Source: Rhina ancylostomus
Lineage: Eukaryota
Assembly: GCA_030265395.1 (NCBI GenBank)
Contig: JARFYF010000094.1
Span: 38,795,841-38,859,840, forward strand
Direction: 5' to 3'
DNA length: 64,000 bases
Shown piece after piece: positions 27,273-40,830 of the stretch (its first letter is position 1; each line of letters opens with the position of its first letter). The position numbers were made by a program, and so were the translations under genes. The notes beneath the pieces were generated by a model, which was given only the letters and a program-made list of their open reading frames with translations, made no database searches and had not been told where the DNA came from.

Positions 27273-28889
27273 GGCTGAAAAAGAAACTGAGCACCTTCCT
27301 TTGATGCTACAGCCAATGACCTTACAGCTGCTCTTTGATGGGTGCTACCCCTTCTGTGAACAGAAACCTTCCGCTCTGAGAAACTTAGCAACAATGTGGT
27401 GAAAACTGAGATTTGGATGGTTCATTTGATTAACATGGAGTGATGTAATTTTGTTCACTTCCTCTTTAAAGTAAGGGTATTCTTGCACTACAGCTCTGAG
27501 CTACCCAGTGTCTTAAATGTTGTAATGAAGAAAGTAGCCTTTGTATATCTTGAAGTGGTGAGTTTATCTAATTTATTCCCAGGTAGCAAAGGTTTACCCA
27601 ATGGTGCTAAGCACCCCACGAAAGTTCCCATTAAACTGCAGGTTGAACTTCAAAAGAAAAATCGTGACTTGAGTTGTACACATAATTTTGGGAAAGTAGT
27701 ACTTTATTGCAGTGATCTGCTGATTTACTCCATTGTTAAGTGTTTTCTCACAGGTGAGGTAAATTCAGGAGTTATTTAGCAGGCACCACTGCTAGTAGTC
27801 TTGGTTGGTCCCGATGCAGAATGTGGGTAGATTTCAAACAGGACTTACTCAGACATGCAAATCAGTTGTTATTCTGATCCAAATAGTCAGATTGTTGGAT
27901 CTGATAAGAGGCAGATTCATATGCTCTTATGGAGAGTCCAGATTGGGTATTTGTAACTGTTTAGTTGTTCTTTATCACTGCATTTGGGAATTGGGTGGGG
28001 TGGAAATGTATTGGTTTTAATTCCAGTTTTCAAACTATACATTAATTTAGACATTTGAAAAAATACATACTAAGCATTTAAGTGGCCATGTGTCTGAGGT
28101 GCTACAAGTATTGTCCAGTGCTGTAATGCTCAATGGGGATATAATTAAGTGAATAATAGTGAGAGTAAATAATAGTGATCTACTTGAGGAAGAAGATGAG
28201 TTAACATAAGGTTAGATGAAAATACAACGTTGTGGAGCTTGGTTCTAGAATGATGATCAATAATTCTGAAATAGCTTCTTACACTTTAGGGCAGTTCAGG
28301 TGTGATATCTATGCATTCTCTTAATTTGAATTTTTGTTTGTAGCTCAGCCTTTGTCAACCTTTCGAAGATCAGTTTCCTTTAAATGTGCAATCCATTGCA
28401 CACTATTAAAGTGAAATGCTAGGATGCAACCTCCTTTGTTAGTGTGCGAATCAATGTCAAATTTGCGGTAATTGGAAATGAAACTGATTTTATCATCTGA
28501 ATTCAATGCTTTTTTTAAAAATAAGAGCTGTGTTGATTTTTCTCTCTTAAGGCATTGAGATGGCTCTGGTTGTGATTGCTTTGGGTTTAAGGTTTCATCT
28601 CCAAAGCTGTCTGAACTGATAAAACCTCCCATCAGTGCTGCATTGAAGACTCCATTGAGCTTGTGTGCAAATTCCCTGGTGGAATATTAAACTGAGGTAT
28701 AGTCTGTTGGCTTGGGTGGTGGTTAGGTGGTCTGAACTAACTCTCCCAATACTTTGGGCTTATGTTCAACCTTAAACCTATAAGGAGTGTTGTATGTGAG
28801 AACTTGCTGAATTGAAAACGATCAGACCATGTTTGCATTATTACAGTGGGTTGTTTACAATGGGTCATTTCAGAAATGCCTCCTGGAAA

Positions 28890-28928
28890 AGAGGGTAACG
28901 CTGAGGGGGTGAGAGGGTAACGCTGAGG
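28890..28928. repeat. 17-bp direct repeat
   Basis: AGAGGGTAACGCTGAGG at 28890-28906 and 28912-28928. Confidence 0.9.
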
Positions 28929-29024
28929 ATGTTTGAACTGAAGAGTGCTTGAAATGCAATTTCTGGTACTTTGCAAAATATTGTACAGTGGACTTGACCA
29001 TTCAGTGGTTTGATCTCTATGAAT

Positions 29025-29385
29025 GGAAAGAACTAATGTTTAGTTTGCAGCTTTCACAACTTCTGACTACCCTATAGCACTTTACAACAAATTATGTAAT
29101 TTTGAAGTACAGTTAGTAATTTTGGAAACTCTGCAGAAAATTTGCACACATACAGCAATACAGTAACAACCAGATAATCTGCCTTTTGGGCCAGTATTTT
29201 GGTTAAAGCACTAGAGAGCATTCCTGTCCATGCTCATCAAAATAAGTGGCTAGGAAACTTGTCTGTCCTGAAAGATTGGACTTGGTTTAACATCTCATCA
29301 GAAAGGCAAAACCTCCTAACAGTGTGGCAGTCTGTCCAATATTGTACCAGTGTAGTGTGGACCCCGTGACCCTGTTTTAATGGTG
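29025..29385 (-). mobile_element. Deu-domain SINE
   Basis: Reversed tail (GCAGCTTTCACAACTTCTG..GCACTTTACAAC) and Deu-like GGTTTAACATCTCATCAGAAAGGCAAACCTCC. Confidence 0.6.
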
Positions 29386-29425
29386 ATTGTACTTCTATCG
29401 TCAGTAGACAAAGTTTCACATCATG

Positions 29426-29634
29426 AAATAAAAAATAGAAAATGCTGGGAACACTTAGCAGGTCGGTCAGCATCTGAAAAGGGAGACAGTTAATGTTTCA
29501 GGTTAAAGGTGAAATGTTTGACCTGAAATGTTAACTGCTTCTCTTTCCACAGCTGCTCCCTGACCTCCTGAGTTCCAGCATTTTCTGTTTTTGTTTCAGA
29601 TTTCCAGCATCTTTAGTTGTCATTTATTTATATC
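29426..29634 (+). mobile_element. Penelope-type fold-back short element with 9-bp TSD (in the inferred LRRN1 intron)
   Basis: CACATCATG at 29417-29425 and 29635-29643. Inverted arms ~29424-29507 and 29517-29598, then tail GATTTCCAGCATCT. Confidence 0.75.
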
Positions 29635-31799
29635 CACATCATGGGACAGATTTGATGATTGAATTGGTGCTTTGGATAACTTGCATTAAATTTGTAAATA
29701 GTGCTTGAAATGCTAAACTTCCTTAAGGACAAATAGCATGTACATTGACTTTGTGTTTAAATGTTCATTTCTGAACACGTTCAACTGTAATTGAGAGATT
29801 ATTAATTTTTAATCTTATTTGATGTTTAATAACTTTAATTTGGAAAGAAACTAGCTTCTGATGGGTACCTCAGTTGTTGTAACCTGCATCCATAACAGAA
29901 GCAGATGGTCCATGGGGATGTATCCACCTGAAACACAGCCTGGTGCACCTGGCACAAAGGCTAAAATCTGGATCCTGCTGAGCTGGTGAACAGATGGAGG
30001 ACTTGCGACTAACGATAAGGTGGTGATATGCCTACCTGCCTAGTGTACTGGAAGCCCATCTCGGTACTGCTCTCCATCACTGCATTGCGGAAGGGGCAAT
30101 ATGTGGCAAGAAAAAGGGTAGTCGTTAGAAGGGGCAGAGAATGAATTCCACAAATTTTACAATGCACTTCATAGAAAACTTGCCTTCGTAATTGATCTAG
30201 TGGTTTTTCTTGGAATTGTTAGTTTTTGAAATGCCTTGGGATAACACACTATGATTTTAATACCATATTTTCTATTGGTTTCTCTCAGTAGGTAGCCCAT
30301 TAATTTCTTCCTAATGAAATTATTCAAAGTTAGGAGAGATACTTGTCACAGCTTATTAACTCTTTTAAGTAAATAGTAGTAAAGAATACAATTCAGTTAT
30401 TAATCTTTAACCTGACTGCCTTGATTTATACCCCTGCAAGATTATTCAAATGTTCTTTCAGCCTCCTGAAATAGCTGACAGCCTGAATTAAAGCCATCTA
30501 CGTCACTGCATGGTCAAAGACTACAAACACTTTTTTATCCTTGTTTAAAATTTAACCTTGCTACTGCTGCTATCACTGTTGGAGATAAACAGTTCTAGAA
30601 ATACAAGGAGTAAAGGCGTTAGATTGTTGCTGAGTACGGTTGGGCCACTGACGCAGTTGTGTTGGTAACAAGCCATCTGCAGACCTGCTGAGGCACCTGA
30701 ACAAAACCAACACTCACTATTGCACTGTCATGGTCATTCCAAGTAAGAAAGCTTTTGATTTTTTTTAAACAGATTTTGGGTGAGGTGCACTGCATTGCCT
30801 GGAATGAGAGGAACAAATGATATTTTGTAATTCTGCTTTGTTTTCACCTTTTTTTTTCTGTTGCCAAAATGGAAGGATAGATCTTCTTATAGAGGGTGCT
30901 TGCAGTTTGGTTTCATAGAGTTATAGGTAGCACAATGAGTGCACTGCACAACTACACTCTGGATTCATTTTGGTGTTCCTCACAGAATGTCCTTGTCTCT
31001 GTCCTTGGTTGGATGTTTCAGCACAAGTGAGAATAAACCTTTATCCATATTGGGTGTTAAGTTTAATGTGACCCTCCCATTTCCTACCTCTCTTGACCTT
31101 TTTGAACAAGGGATACAGACTCAGTTTATTCATACTGAGGGAAACCCATTCCCTCTGGTCTCCAGGTAGAGTGGTTCCAGCTCCTTTTGCCAAGGAAATC
31201 AGCAGCGAGATGTACTACCTCTGTGCATGATACTGATAGTTCAACTGCTCAGGATTTTATCTGACCATTTGAAGGAAAAGTACCAACCTTTTGCTAATAG
31301 TAGTATCTCGTTGACTGAATCTGAAAGCTTGTAATTCTTTCNNNNNNNNNNNNNNNNNNNNNNNNNNNNNNNNNNNNNNNNNNNNNNNNNNNNNNNNNNN
31401 NNNNNNNNNNNNNNNNNNNNNNNNNNNNNNNNNNNNNNNNNNNNNNNNNNNNNNNNNNNNNNNNNNNNNNNNNNNNNNNNNNNNATCTATTATGAAAATA
31501 AGAGTTTACACTGGCAGCAAAAGTCTAAAGAGAACAGGTGTATGTGGTACATAAAGCAGATGTCCAGAATGGCCCTTCTTTTGAACTTTCAGCACCACTA
31601 ATTTAATCCACAACAGTAGTAGCAGCTGTTGCATGGTTTTAAATAACAATTAAAACTACTTTGAAAAGATGGAATTTTTTTGAATTAACTGACTGAGTTT
31701 GCTTTTTTTCCACTGAAGCTTCCTGATCTGGTTAGAATTTCTGCAAGTCCCATTTGCATTTCACAGCTGGTAGTACAGGTGCTGGTACTCCAATAGTGA

Positions 31800-33150
31800 G
31801 TTATGGTTTTGGAGTACTTTGTGACATCTGGCAAATGGTGTGTGACATGCTTGCATACTGGAAATGTGCAGAACAGGCAGCTAGTGACATCCACCCTTGA
31901 CCAAATTTTGTTTTTTGCACTGATTTTTGTGCTTGCCCTGACAACTTTCTCCCACTATCCCTGGTGCTAAGAGCACCCACAAAAAATTCTCCGCCAGGCC
32001 ATTCGGGTGTCATTTAAGTGGATCATCTNNNNNNNNNNNNNNNNNNNNNNNNNNNNNNNNNNNNNNNNNNNNNNNNNNNNNNNNNNNNNNNNNNNNNNNN
32101 NNNNNNNNNNNNNNNNNNNNNNNNNNNNNNNNNNNNNNNNNNNCCACCCCCCCCCCCCCCCCACACACACACACACACACAAATGCTGCTAGACTTGCTG
32201 AGTTCCTCCAGCAGATTCTTTGCTGTGCCAGATTCCAGCATCTGCAATCTCCTGTCTCCATTGAAAGAAGTCATTTCATTGAAGAGGAGTGTTAACCTTC
32301 CAGCAGTGAGTTGGTAAAATCTTCATTGGAATATGCAGGTGTAGCCAGTGGGTGACAAGCATGGAGTCTTCAGTGGCTGTATTATTGGGAATGAATGACA
32401 TTGTGGAGAATTTGGCTGTCCTTGTGGTGCAGCCAGCAGGAGAAGGTGTGGTCCCAGTCCCAAAACAGATTGTCCTTTCGGCAGGCCTTAGAGGTGGTCA
32501 GAGGCAGAGCTGCAGGGCTAGAACCACTTCTTCCCTTGCACGTGGCCCCAACCATAAACTGAACAACCACAGGCTCCACTCAAGCAGGCACAGCAACCCA
32601 AATGGCTGCGCACACAAGGCAGTGTCACTGAACTTCTATAGGAGAACCAAGTTCTGTGTACTAAAGGTCGTGTCAGGATTGCAGACCTCCCCATGGTACA
32701 AGAATCCTTCGGCACACACACTAGGCCTCCAAGGTGCCATTTCAGAATTTGGTGATTTGCATTAATTGGAAGAGATTGCCTGACAGAAGAGCATAGGTAA
32801 GCATTATGCAGAGTTGGAGGATCATATGCCTGCCATGGTTGCATAGCTGGCAGTGTGTGGAATGTAGCTTGGATTGCTGGCATTATTCCTTTAGTAGGAG
32901 TCCTGATGCAAGGTAAATTGTGTTGGGGGAGCTCAATCCAAGATATTGAGACCTGACTCCTAGGATACTCCTCCATTGTTGCCTCCTCCCACTGGCTGAT
33001 GTATGCCCTGGTAACATCTTGCCTCCTATGGATAGACATCTCACTGCTGTTCTCCTCCCACCACTGTGTGGTGGGCACTTTCTCAGTGCTGTGGTTGGCC
33101 ATCCTCTTTTACCATGTTTTCCAGCTTTGGAATTGTTTGCAGCAGCATTT
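31800..33150 (-). mobile_element. Possible highly degraded R2/NeSL-group (RLE) non-LTR relic
   Basis: Minus-strand peptides CLSIGGKMLP..QYLG, MQPWQ, ILVPWGGLQ and a downstream CLFC..HVTHH..ITH knuckle-like segment occur in the expected order, but are weak and frameshifted. Confidence 0.35.
32181..32260 (+). mobile_element. Penelope-type terminal repeat fragment (5' part lost in gap)
   Basis: ATGCTGCTAGACTTGCTGAGTTCCTCCAGCAG...GATTCCAGCATCTGCAATCTCCTGTCTC, same family as the 2366, 29426, 52682 and 60148 copies. Confidence 0.75.
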
Positions 33151-33729
33151 CCACCCTCAAAGCACCTGCGTGTGTGCGACACAGGCTTGTGCTTGAAGGT
33201 CACTGGCTGGGTCCAACCCACTTTAAGCTGTCCTGAAACTAAGCACTCTGGCTGTAGCTGGTATCTCTAATCCTCGTGTTGAGATCTGAGCAGGAGCTTT
33301 CCACGTGACTTCCAATGGACATTGCCTGGTTGCAGGTCCTGCNNNNNNNNNNNNNNNNNNNNNNNNNNNNNNNNNNNNNNNNNNNNNNNNNNNNNNNNNN
33401 NNNNNNNNNNNNNNNNNNNNNNNNNNNNNNNNNNNNNNNNNNTGCCTGGTTGCAGGTCCTGCACCCATCTTTCAATCCCCAGTGTCTGTCTGTTTCATTC
33501 AAGCTAAATCCACTGCAGATTGAAGATATTTTTGTATTGTTGAGGATTTGTGCTTTGAGCTTCCTATCTGTTTGGCCACCTGCAACACATCTACTTTTTT
33601 AAGTAAAAGTATTCCAAGCTCTTACTAGTCACTGACAAGTGAACCAGCACATTCCTTGGATGACCAGTCCTAACGATCAGTTCCTTTTCTATAGGAAGCA
33701 GTGACACCACAATTGTATATGTGTCATGA

Positions 33730-33965
33730 GTTTAATGTGGTAAAGTGTCCCAACATGGTAAAATATCCAGGTGCACTTCATTAGAACTTTATCAAACAAT
33801 ATTTACCACTGAGAATGGGGATGTTAGGGAGAGGACCTAGAGCTTGGACAAGGAAGGAAGAGTGAAGGAACATCTTTGAGTGAAGAGGTAGAGTGCAGAG
33901 GTTTGGGTTGTAGTTCTGTATGAAGCTGCCTAGAATGATGGGATGGAAACCAGAGATGTGCAAAT
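33730..33965 (-). mobile_element. Possible L2 LINE 3' fragment
   Basis: Purine-rich reversed tail (GAGCTTGGACAAGGAAGG...GAGGTAGAGTGCAGAGGTTTGGG) resembling L2 3' ends. Confidence 0.35.
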
Positions 33966-36900
33966 TAGTGCTTCCTTTAAGGTAGGCATGAGGGGTTTGG
34001 TGCACCTGTTACAATGATGTGGCTTGCCACAGTGCCACTGCATATTTCATTTTTGACCTGAGATATATTCATTTAAGTTGAGCTAACGTGGTGACGTGCA
34101 TAATTTCACAGGAAGCTTATTTAAAGCACACTCCCTGAGGAATATGCAATGAATCCAAATGAAGACCTTTTATAATTACTTCAGTAAAGTTGCTGAAGCA
34201 CTATAGGCTGAGTTACTCGACATTGGAATTCAGTGTGAATGTTTCCTATGGTAATAGAATCCTTGGGAAATCTTTTTTTACTTTCAGTGTCTTTTGTTGT
34301 ATGTGATCAAAATAGCCAATCTACATTTGAAAAATTGAGGGTCCCCATATTTGAAATTAGGACCTTTTTAATTTAACCAAGTCAAGAAAAATCTATTTGT
34401 GGCATAACCTTTTATGCACCTTTTTCTTTTCCCTTGGATCAGTTCATTTCTCCTGCAGTACTTCAGTATATGTCAATCTTAAACTAAGATTTGGCAGAAA
34501 AATGTTGTTAGATTCTGAAGCTCCAAAACTAAAGGAAAGGAAAAAAGTGTTCTGAAGATTGAAAGTATAGTTTGAAGGGAAGCCCAAAAGCAAAGAAACA
34601 ATTCTGTGAAGCCTGCCTATTATTAAAAGAAGTACTAAGCATCTAATTTGTAATTTGAAGAGTGTTGCAAAGAATTAATATGTTGGAATTCTGTTAAATG
34701 AGGCAGTGTAAACTACTGAGGTTTGAAGCACTTCTGTGCAAGGCTCAGTCATGTAGAAAATGTATCTGAACTTTGCAATCATACAACATGGTGTCTACAA
34801 TATTGCACTAAAGATTTTTTGCACATAACTTGCAGGCAAACCTGCTTGCCAGGATACCCAACATGTGAAGTGTCATACACAATGAACAAACACCTTGCAA
34901 TGATCATGCCATTGTAAGTTCCAAGTCATGAGTTGGTACATGTTTCACCAGACCTGTGCTGTTGGGTCATTTGTAGCTTCATGTCGACCTTCATCCAGCA
35001 TGTAGCAGTGGTACATAACAGATGGGATAACCAAACAAGCCTGTCTGGTACTTTATCTCAGTTAATAGTAAATCCATTTCATCATTAATCAGGTAGTGTT
35101 TAGACATTATGCTGCTCTCGTCTATCACTAACTACATTCTCTGCCGAAACAAATTATTATCCCAGTCAGTAATTTGTCATGAATCTTTTTAAAACTGTAA
35201 TATCTATTCAAAGTATTATTTTAATATTCGTAATATCACATCTTGCACCTGAATGGAACCAATTGCTAACTTTCATGTCTATACATCCTTCTACAGGGGC
35301 TGTGGTGCTTAATATCCACAGCTTCTCTTGGTCTTTTTGTGGTCTTGGCACCACACCTGCTTTGGGCTGGGAAATCTTCTTGCAAGTTCATTTTTGTATG
35401 GGTGAGGTATGGTGTGGGATTCTCCCACCTAGGGGACAGTTGGCACAAAAGTGCTTTGACCTGTCGGCACATTGAATACAACACAATATTTGTCCTATGT
35501 TGTTTTGATCCATGGTCATTGCAAAGGAGTTATCAGCAACTAACATTTGAAGTACAATCCTTGGCTGTTATTCATGATAGAGCTGTGGATACTTCATGGC
35601 AGGTGCCTCATCCCATCTAAAGGTGCTTTTCAACTAGTGACCATAGGAACAACTCTTGGCCATTTTGCCCCTCAATTTTCTTCCACCACTTTAATGAAGT
35701 CTGATCTAATTTAATTACCTCATATTCTTCAATAGTGCAGGGGTCACAAAGTCATGATAGTCTGTCTTGCCCCATCTCCCTACCCCTTTGCTCCTGTCAG
35801 AGCTACTGACACCAATTATTGCATCTTTACCTTTATCGCAACTGATTGGGATCAATCTCAGTATCTCTGAGCTTTTTTTGTGGCTAAGTGTGCTGAGGGC
35901 TTATTGGCAGACAGTCACGTATTTTCCTTCACACTGAAAATAGACACTGAAAACTGCCACTTTAACAGCAGATTATTGACTGTGATTCTGATTCTAATGG
36001 AGAGTGTACTTACAAGCAAGACTTTCTTTTTCAGAATTAATTGTTCAATTTTAAATCACTTTCGAAGAATGATATTCAAATTGCATACTTTCTCACTTAG
36101 AAGCTCTTGTTTTCGAACTCTCGAGGTCTAAAACGGTATAGTCATTGTTCCATGTTAATGAGAGTTGATAAGGATAAGGAGGTTCTCGCTGAGCATAAAC
36201 ATACACTTGTTGGGCTGAATGGTCTGTTCTGTGCAGCAAGGACTATATAATACAGGAAAAGAAACTTTGCCCAGCAACAGATGCAGCATAGATTAAAATT
36301 ATTCCAGGTCTGCAGTTTTTCTACCAAATTGTTCTGTGCTCAAGCAAGTTCAAATCCTTTTTCTTGGAAATGCTTTGAATCAAAACATTCTATCAGATAC
36401 CTTTTTAACACAAATATAGATTCATTGCAGATCAAAGGTAATAACTGTAATATCTTGACATTTATTTGTGACTTCAAGGCAATCCTGATGAATTTTAAAT
36501 AATTTAATGTTTCCCTGCACATCTAAACTGTGCAAAATTAAATAGCTTTCCATCTTTAGTATATTTAAGCAACTGGTATAAGGCAGAGCAAATCTCTTGT
36601 TTCTGGCCTATTTGACTTCTTTGAGCATTTTATGTGATCTCTAACGTTTTGACATTTTTATCCATCGTAAAGATAGATACTTCCCTTGATGACTTTTAGA
36701 TTTGATAATTGAGCTTTTGTGTCCAGCAGGTTAATATGAAGAAGGATCAGCAAGTGGTATTTAATGATGACACAAAAGTGTTTTTAAAAACTCCACTTTC
36801 CTATCTATTTGCTAGTCTTATTTTGCCTAAAGCTAAACTGTTTCTTTGGATTGGCTGAGCTGAATATTCTGTGCAAGTGCAAGCACCCCCCCCCCTTTCT

Positions 36901-37499
36901 TTTGCATATCATGTATACGTGAACTCTTTCTTTTAAAAAAAATCTGCAAACTTGATAAGACTTGGATGTAAGGAAAAATTGTTTGTATATATCTATATGT
37001 CAGGCACTTGCAGTAAAACTTTAATCTTTTAATGCCCTAAGAATAGGGAGGTGCCTTGACATTTTTCTTATCACTTCAACCTGTTAAATGAACCTTTACA
37101 CGCAGCTGCATGAGCAATGATTTATTTCAACAAAAGGTTCGCATATTGATGTGATGTGAAAGTGCTTATTGTTCCTGCTACAGTCTGGTAGAGAGAAATA
37201 AAATGGTTTGTTTTCAAATTGCTCCAGTGATTGAGAACATAATAGTGATGAGACCTACAATTAGTTAAACAGAAGGCCAGTGTTTACAGTAAGGAGTGAC
37301 ATGGTTGGGACCAACCACTAAAGCTCAGTTACAATGTTGTTGCACCCGGGGGGGCTTTTAGACTTTCTCTAAGGAAACATTCATGTCATTTGTTCCCTGA
37401 TGCTTAATGCAAATAAGCAGAACTCTCAGAGTGGCTAAGTTAATCACCCATTCCAAAACAAGATGAATTGCACAGTGAAATGTATAATGCTTGGATGTC

Positions 37500-37820
37500 G
37501 GCTGTAGCTCAATAGGTAGCATACTTGCACAAGTCAAGGTTGTGAATTCATTTCCCACTCACTAATTGGCATAAACTTCAAGGCATTCTACAGTGTGGTA
37601 CAGGGCTGCCTTTTGGAAGAATGTAAAAGATCCCAGAGCATCCTAGTGACATGCTGGATATTTATTTCCTCACTTGAGATTATCTTGCCATTATCACTGC
37701 TCTTTCAGGGAATTTTGGTGCAAATTTGTTATTTTATTTCTTGCATTCTTTAGTTGGCTACTGATGTGCATTGGGACATTCTGAAGTTATGAAAAGTGCT
37801 GTTTAAATACAAATCTTTTT
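37500..37820 (+). mobile_element. tRNA-headed Deu-domain SINE
   Basis: Head GGCTGTAGCTCAATAGGTAGCA...GTGAATTCATTTCCCAC; tail TTGGGACATTCTGAAGTTATGAAAAGTGCTGTTTAAATACAAATCTTT. Confidence 0.6.
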
Positions 37821-40009
37821 TTTCTGTTAGCTGCAATATGTAGTCAGTGCATTGGCTTAATTTTGAGATTTGTTTGGTGGAGAAACGGGAAAATATTCTC
37901 CTAACTAATTAAGCAACAAATATTTTCTGCTGGGTATGCAAAGTCAATGGACTACAAAGCAGCATGAAGGATCCCCACCCACTTGTGAGTTGAGAACATG
38001 TGTTTTTTGGCTTTTTGCTTTCCAACTATGTTCCAGCTTTAGACTCTTCATGATACCCAGTGGCAGAGCACAAAATTGTGGCAATTCCTTTGCACTTAAT
38101 GTCATCCAAACTCAGAATCTTTACTAGGTTAGACCTTCTACAGGAACAGTAACCTTAAATGGATGCAGAGGAATGATAATAAGGGACCAAGGTATTGAGT
38201 AATTTACATTTTTGAATTTAAGTTTATAATTGTTAATGTGCTTTTACTCTTTGAACATCTTTCTTTCTCATTTTTGTCTTTCTTTCTGCTCTTTTTGTCT
38301 CTTTTTTTCCTCTTTCTTTCAGGCCTAGGTGGTATGCTGCTGGCAGGAAATTCTGGGCTAGTGAGTAATTGCACCCATTGATCTTTACACTGCACCAGTG
38401 GACATTTGTCCTTGTAAAGAACTATTTAATACTAAGACCTCTGCTTGTTAAATACTATCTTGGTTCCAGACTAATTGGGTCAATAATAAATGAGAAGAAG
38501 GCACAACCTCATTCCAAACTTGCCTGCAAGAGATGTGGAACCACTTTCATTTTGTTACGAAGTGTGGCTTGCCCCATCCACAATTTGCATGTGAATAGCA
38601 TCATTATTATAATGGATTTCAAAGCAAGAATTAGGTCTGCATGGTTATGCAGACAGCTCAGTTTGAAATGCCCCAGGGCTGCACTAAAACAGGCAATAAT
38701 GCTGAACCATCTATAAAAGCATATCATTTAAAAAGGAAAATTAGCTCTAAATTGGAGAGGAAAAACACATCCAGAAGGCAGTGAAGTAATAGTCATCATT
38801 GGAGATTGTTGGATGACATGCTATTGAAGTGAAATCAGTGCGGAGTTGGGTTTATTGTTTTGTGGGGATGTGTGCAGTGCACTGCAGCTACTATTGACAA
38901 GGGGGAAATAAAATTATGCTGAATGTGTGCTGCTGAATGTGTAAGAAGCTGATCTCTAACTGGAATGGTATGTTATTCTGCTTCTAATTTCCCCGTGTGT
39001 AGTGGTGATGGATTTTGAGTTGGCCTAAATGGACTTTCAGTTTTATGGTGTGGTGTGTTATTTAAATAGTCACTATAGTTTTTGTTGTGCTCCATCTAAG
39101 TGGAGAGTTGGTTTTGGTACTTGATGGTTTTGGACCAGGCTTTTACTACGAAACATTAGGCTAGCAGTGGAAATTGGGCTGCAACTTGTGCAACTGTAAT
39201 ACAAAGTAAAATGTGTATCTCTTAGAGCAGAGATGCCCTGCTCCTCCAAATGCTGTACAATAACACTACCTTGTATTACTTGCCATTGTAAGACATGGTA
39301 CCGGGTGGGGTGTTACTGGTGTTCAAAGAGCTTGTCCTTGTTTCTTTGATATGAACTATACAAAACTCTGTCCATTCCCGTGTTAGTATCTTTTTTTAAA
39401 AAAAACTAATGATGTGATGTCTTTATTGCCAAACAACATTGCTGGGAGTGAGTTCAATCTGAAGTTGTATATAACCTTTCTTAAAAAAAATTGCATCTTG
39501 TATCTCACTCCAGCTTTTTCTGTCTTGCTTATTGTTCTTTGCTATCTATCTGTTTAGACATTAAATTTGCAATGTGCACTTCGTAGTTCAGGCTCTGTGC
39601 TGCTCATTGAAGATCCCTTACTTTGATTGAGGACACCTGCAGTTACTTATTCAATTGGCACAAGAACCAGATGATCTATTCAAGGTGGTGTGCTTTATAG
39701 ACAGTTGGGTGACAGTATCTTCAGTGGAAGTGCCTGCAAAGTCTATGTGGTAGTAGTGTTATTTCCAGTTGTTGCTGAATGCAGACTGTGGGCAATTATT
39801 TTGTAATGTAAATGAATACTAGCATTTTCTATTTGCACAAGCATGATTTGTAAATTCTTACAAGCAAGGGATAGAATTCTCTGATGCACATAGTTTCTTT
39901 ACATAAAATTGTCAGTTATGCAGTTGTGTAAGGCCATTAAAATTCTCTGCAGAATTCTAGCTGAACATTTTTAATTAAAAAAAGACTGCTGTTATTTCAA
40001 GGTTAAAGA

Positions 40010-40385
40010 ATGAGGATAATTAAATATTGAAAGAAATTTTTTAAACTGCCCTTGAAATGGATAGGCGGAGCTCGTGGATGATTTTGAGAGAATAAGTAAG
40101 AACAAGGCAAATGGGGGACATGGATTTAAGGTGAATAGCAAAAGAATCGGAGGTGATGTAAGAAACATTTAAGTTATACAGTAAGTGCGTTGCAATGACT
40201 GACAGGCTGGTGGAAGCAGATTTCATGGAAACCTTCAAGAGAATTGGCAAAATCCTTTCAAGGGAAAAGAATTACGGAAGTATGGACTCGTGTCAGGGAG
40301 TGGAACTAATTGGACAGCTTCCTCAAAAAGCCATCACTGACAAGATAGACTGAATGTTCCCATCATACCTTATGTAATTGTGATT
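40010..40385 (+). mobile_element. Old CR1 3' end
   Basis: Remnants of the CR1 C-terminus (GGTGGAAGCAGATTTCATGGAAACCTTCAAGAGAATTGG) and tail GATAGACTGAATG. Confidence 0.6.
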
Positions 40386-40564
40386 TAATTTTGGCAGATG
40401 TTGTTAATTTCACTAAATAATTGTGCTGAGGTATTGGTCTGCTATTTTGTAACCTTAACCTACAAATGTTATTTCACCACAATTTTCTTTGGTGGGGGTG
40501 AAAGCATCATTGGGATGTAGGGAATTTCAGAGTCAATTTCCACCAATATTCCCGCTATTAGAAA

Positions 40565-40830
40565 TAAAAACAAGATCATCTGGTTTGAGTGTTGACTTTA
40601 GGGTTAAATATTGACAAGACATCTGGAGTTCTCCTTTCAGTAGTGCTATCATTACTCTGCAATGACCATTTAAGTGGAAGGAGACCTTGTCTTCCTTCTC
40701 CAGGTTGGTATGTTCACCTGCACAACATTCCCTTTATTCTTTCTTGAAGGGCTAGATTGTGTTTGTGTTTCCTGCATGGTGTTAGAACCTATGACTTTCA
40801 AACTGTCGAGAGTACTACCACTCAGTCCAG
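40565..40830 (-). mobile_element. Deu-domain SINE fragment
   Basis: GGTTAAATATTGACAAGACATCTGG...AGAACCTATGACTTTC..GAGAGTACTACCACTCAG (reversed tRNA head). Confidence 0.5.
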
